Shown here: positions 62,613 through 64,000 of the stretch, piece after piece
Layout of the letters: every line of letters starts with the position of its first letter
Position numbering within the stretch: position 1 is the first letter of the stretch
Source: Phycisphaerales bacterium
GTDB taxonomy: Bacteria > Planctomycetota > Phycisphaerae > Phycisphaerales > UBA1924
Direction: 5' to 3'
Assembly (NCBI GenBank): GCA_965227775.1
Contig: OZ245777.1
Location: 2,624,001-2,688,000 of the forward strand
DNA: 64,000 nucleotides
Made by a program: the position numbers and the translations under genes
The notes under the pieces: model-generated
Seen by the model: only the letters and a program-made list of their open reading frames with translations
What the model was told of the DNA's origin: nothing
Databases searched by the model: none

Positions 62613-64000
62613 TCACTCCAGCCGCTCGAGCCTGTCGCACACCGATTCGATGACGCTCACACGCGCGAACCGCTTGTCGTTGGCGGGTACGAGTTGCCAG
62701 TGCGAGATCTCGGTGCTGGTGCGCGCGATCATCTCGTTCGCGGCGGCCTTGTAGTCGTCCCATCGCAGCCGGTTGCGGTGGTCTTCGTCGGTGAGCTTGT
62801 ACTTCTTGTAGCCGGTCTGGGCCCGCGCCCGGAAACGCTCCGCCTGGGTCTCCCGGTCGATGTGCAGCCAGAATTTCATGACGATCAGGCCACGCTCGGC
62901 GAGTTGGCCCTCGAAGTCGTTGATCTCCTCGTACGCGCGGCGCCATTCACTGGTTGAAGCGAGGTCCTCGACGCGCTCGACCAACACCCGGCCGTACCAG
63001 CTTCGGTCGAAGATCGCCATGCGTCCGTTCGCGGGGATGTCGCGCCAGAATCTCCAGAGGTAGTGGCGGGCCAGCTCTTCCTCTGTCGGCGCGCCCGTCG
63101 AGATCACGCTGTAGTCGCGCACGGGCAGCGGTCGGATAAGCCGCCGGATCGCCCCGCCCTTGCCCGCGGCATCCCAGCCCTCGAACACAATGACCGGCGA
63201 TCGGCCACCTCGAAGCCCACGAACCAGGCGGGCGAGCCTGGCCTGCGCCTCACCGAGACGCTTCTTGTATTCGTCCCGCTCGAGCGATCGCCCGAGGTCG
63301 ACCACGTCGAGCGGGCTGCGCTGCGGCGCCGTGAGTGCCGTGGGCTCGCCGTCCGAGGACGGGGCCGAGGAGGCAACCTTCGGTGCTTCGAGCCTGGCCC
63401 GAACCGCCGAGGCGATCGTCTCGCCAATCGTCAGGTCGCGGTAGTCTTCGTCGACACCCTCAACGATGTGCCACGGCGCGATGCTGCGATCGGTCAGGCG
63501 GACATACCGCTCGACGATCGGCATCACCCGATCGTGATCCTTCAACAGGGCCCGGTCGACATCGTCGACCTGCCAGGACAGCGCCGGGTCGGCGTCGGCC
63601 CGCTTGATGCGCTTGCGAAGCTCCTTGCGCGGCAGGTGGAGCCAGAACTTGAGCACGAGCGAGCCGTCATCGGTCAGCGCCCGCTCGAATCGAACGGCAT
63701 GATCCACGCGCCGCTCGTACTCGAGGTCATCGATGGCGCCGGCGATCCTCGCATCGAGGATGTGCCTTGCCCAGCCGCCCATATAGAGCCCGATGCACCC
63801 CCTCCGCGGCAGCACGCGCCAGTACCGCCAGAAGCGCGGCCTGGCTGCCTCCTCACTCGACGGCTCGATGAAGACCTCCGTGTTGAGGTGCCGGGCGTCC
63901 ATCCACTCGTTGAGCAGATCGACGACGCTGTTGCAACCCAGGCGGTCGTCGCCCGCGATCAGGATGAGCACCGAAAAGTCGGCCTGCCTCAGATCGAACT
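62613..64000 (-). CDS. Two-domain PPK2 family polyphosphate:AMP phosphotransferase, 5' end outside window
   Basis: C-domain FEGWDAAGKGGAIRR, YLWRFW, FDRSWYGRVLVERVE; degenerate N-terminal PPK2 domain. Confidence 0.9.
   Translation of the reverse strand, partial: FDLRQADFSVLILIAGDDRLGCNSVVDLLNEWMDARHLNTEVFIEPSSEEAARPRFWRYWRVLPRRGCIGLYMGGWARHILDARIAGAIDDLEYERRVDHAVRFERALTDDGSLVLKFWLHLPRKELRKRIKRADADPALSWQVDDVDRALLKDHDRVMPIVERYVRLTDRSIAPWHIVEGVDEDYRDLTIGETIASAVRARLEAPKVASSAPSSDGEPTALTAPQRSPLDVVDLGRSLERDEYKKRLGEAQARLARLVRGLRGGRSPVIVFEGWDAAGKGGAIRRLIRPLPVRDYSVISTGAPTEEELARHYLWRFWRDIPANGRMAIFDRSWYGRVLVERVEDLASTSEWRRAYEEINDFEGQLAERGLIVMKFWLHIDRETQAERFRARAQTGYKKYKLTDEDHRNRLRWDDYKAAANEMIARTSTEISHWQLVPANDKRFARVSVIESVCDRLERLE

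Overview
High-GC bacterial chromosome segment, most likely a Planctomycetota (Phycisphaerales-like) genome. This is inferred from ten secreted proteins ending in a 'GC-type dockerin' tail (…DFDGDGxLTxFDFLxFQNxFDxGC), a prepilin/H-X9-DG protein and FG-GAP proteins. Host genes include pcp, dapF, csrA, ndk, a SAM-I/IV-riboswitch-led metB-metL-(TIGR03546-like)-asd cluster, clpB, nbaC, an isolated atpD, a PrpD-family gene, an NtrBC-like sigma54 two-component pair and a PPK2/PAP gene. The main discovery is an apparently complete ~10.2 kb filamentous (inovirus-like) prophage at 40812-51069. It encodes no integrase and is bounded by a 19-bp direct repeat that is part of a XerCD dif-like site. It carries an SSB-like gene, a Rep_trans initiator with an internal nick-site hairpin, several small coat-like membrane proteins, pVIII/pIII/pVI-like genes, a Zot/pI ATPase and its own lipoprotein-type secretin. 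Its reverse-strand cargo is two DUF2726-like paralogues (one with the acidic motif intact, one degenerate) and a type IV pilin/pseudopilin. Other notable items are two degenerate 21-bp-period arrays, a homopolymer frameshift in an HPF-family gene and a consensus sigma54 promoter. All calls come from motif reading by eye; no database searches were run.
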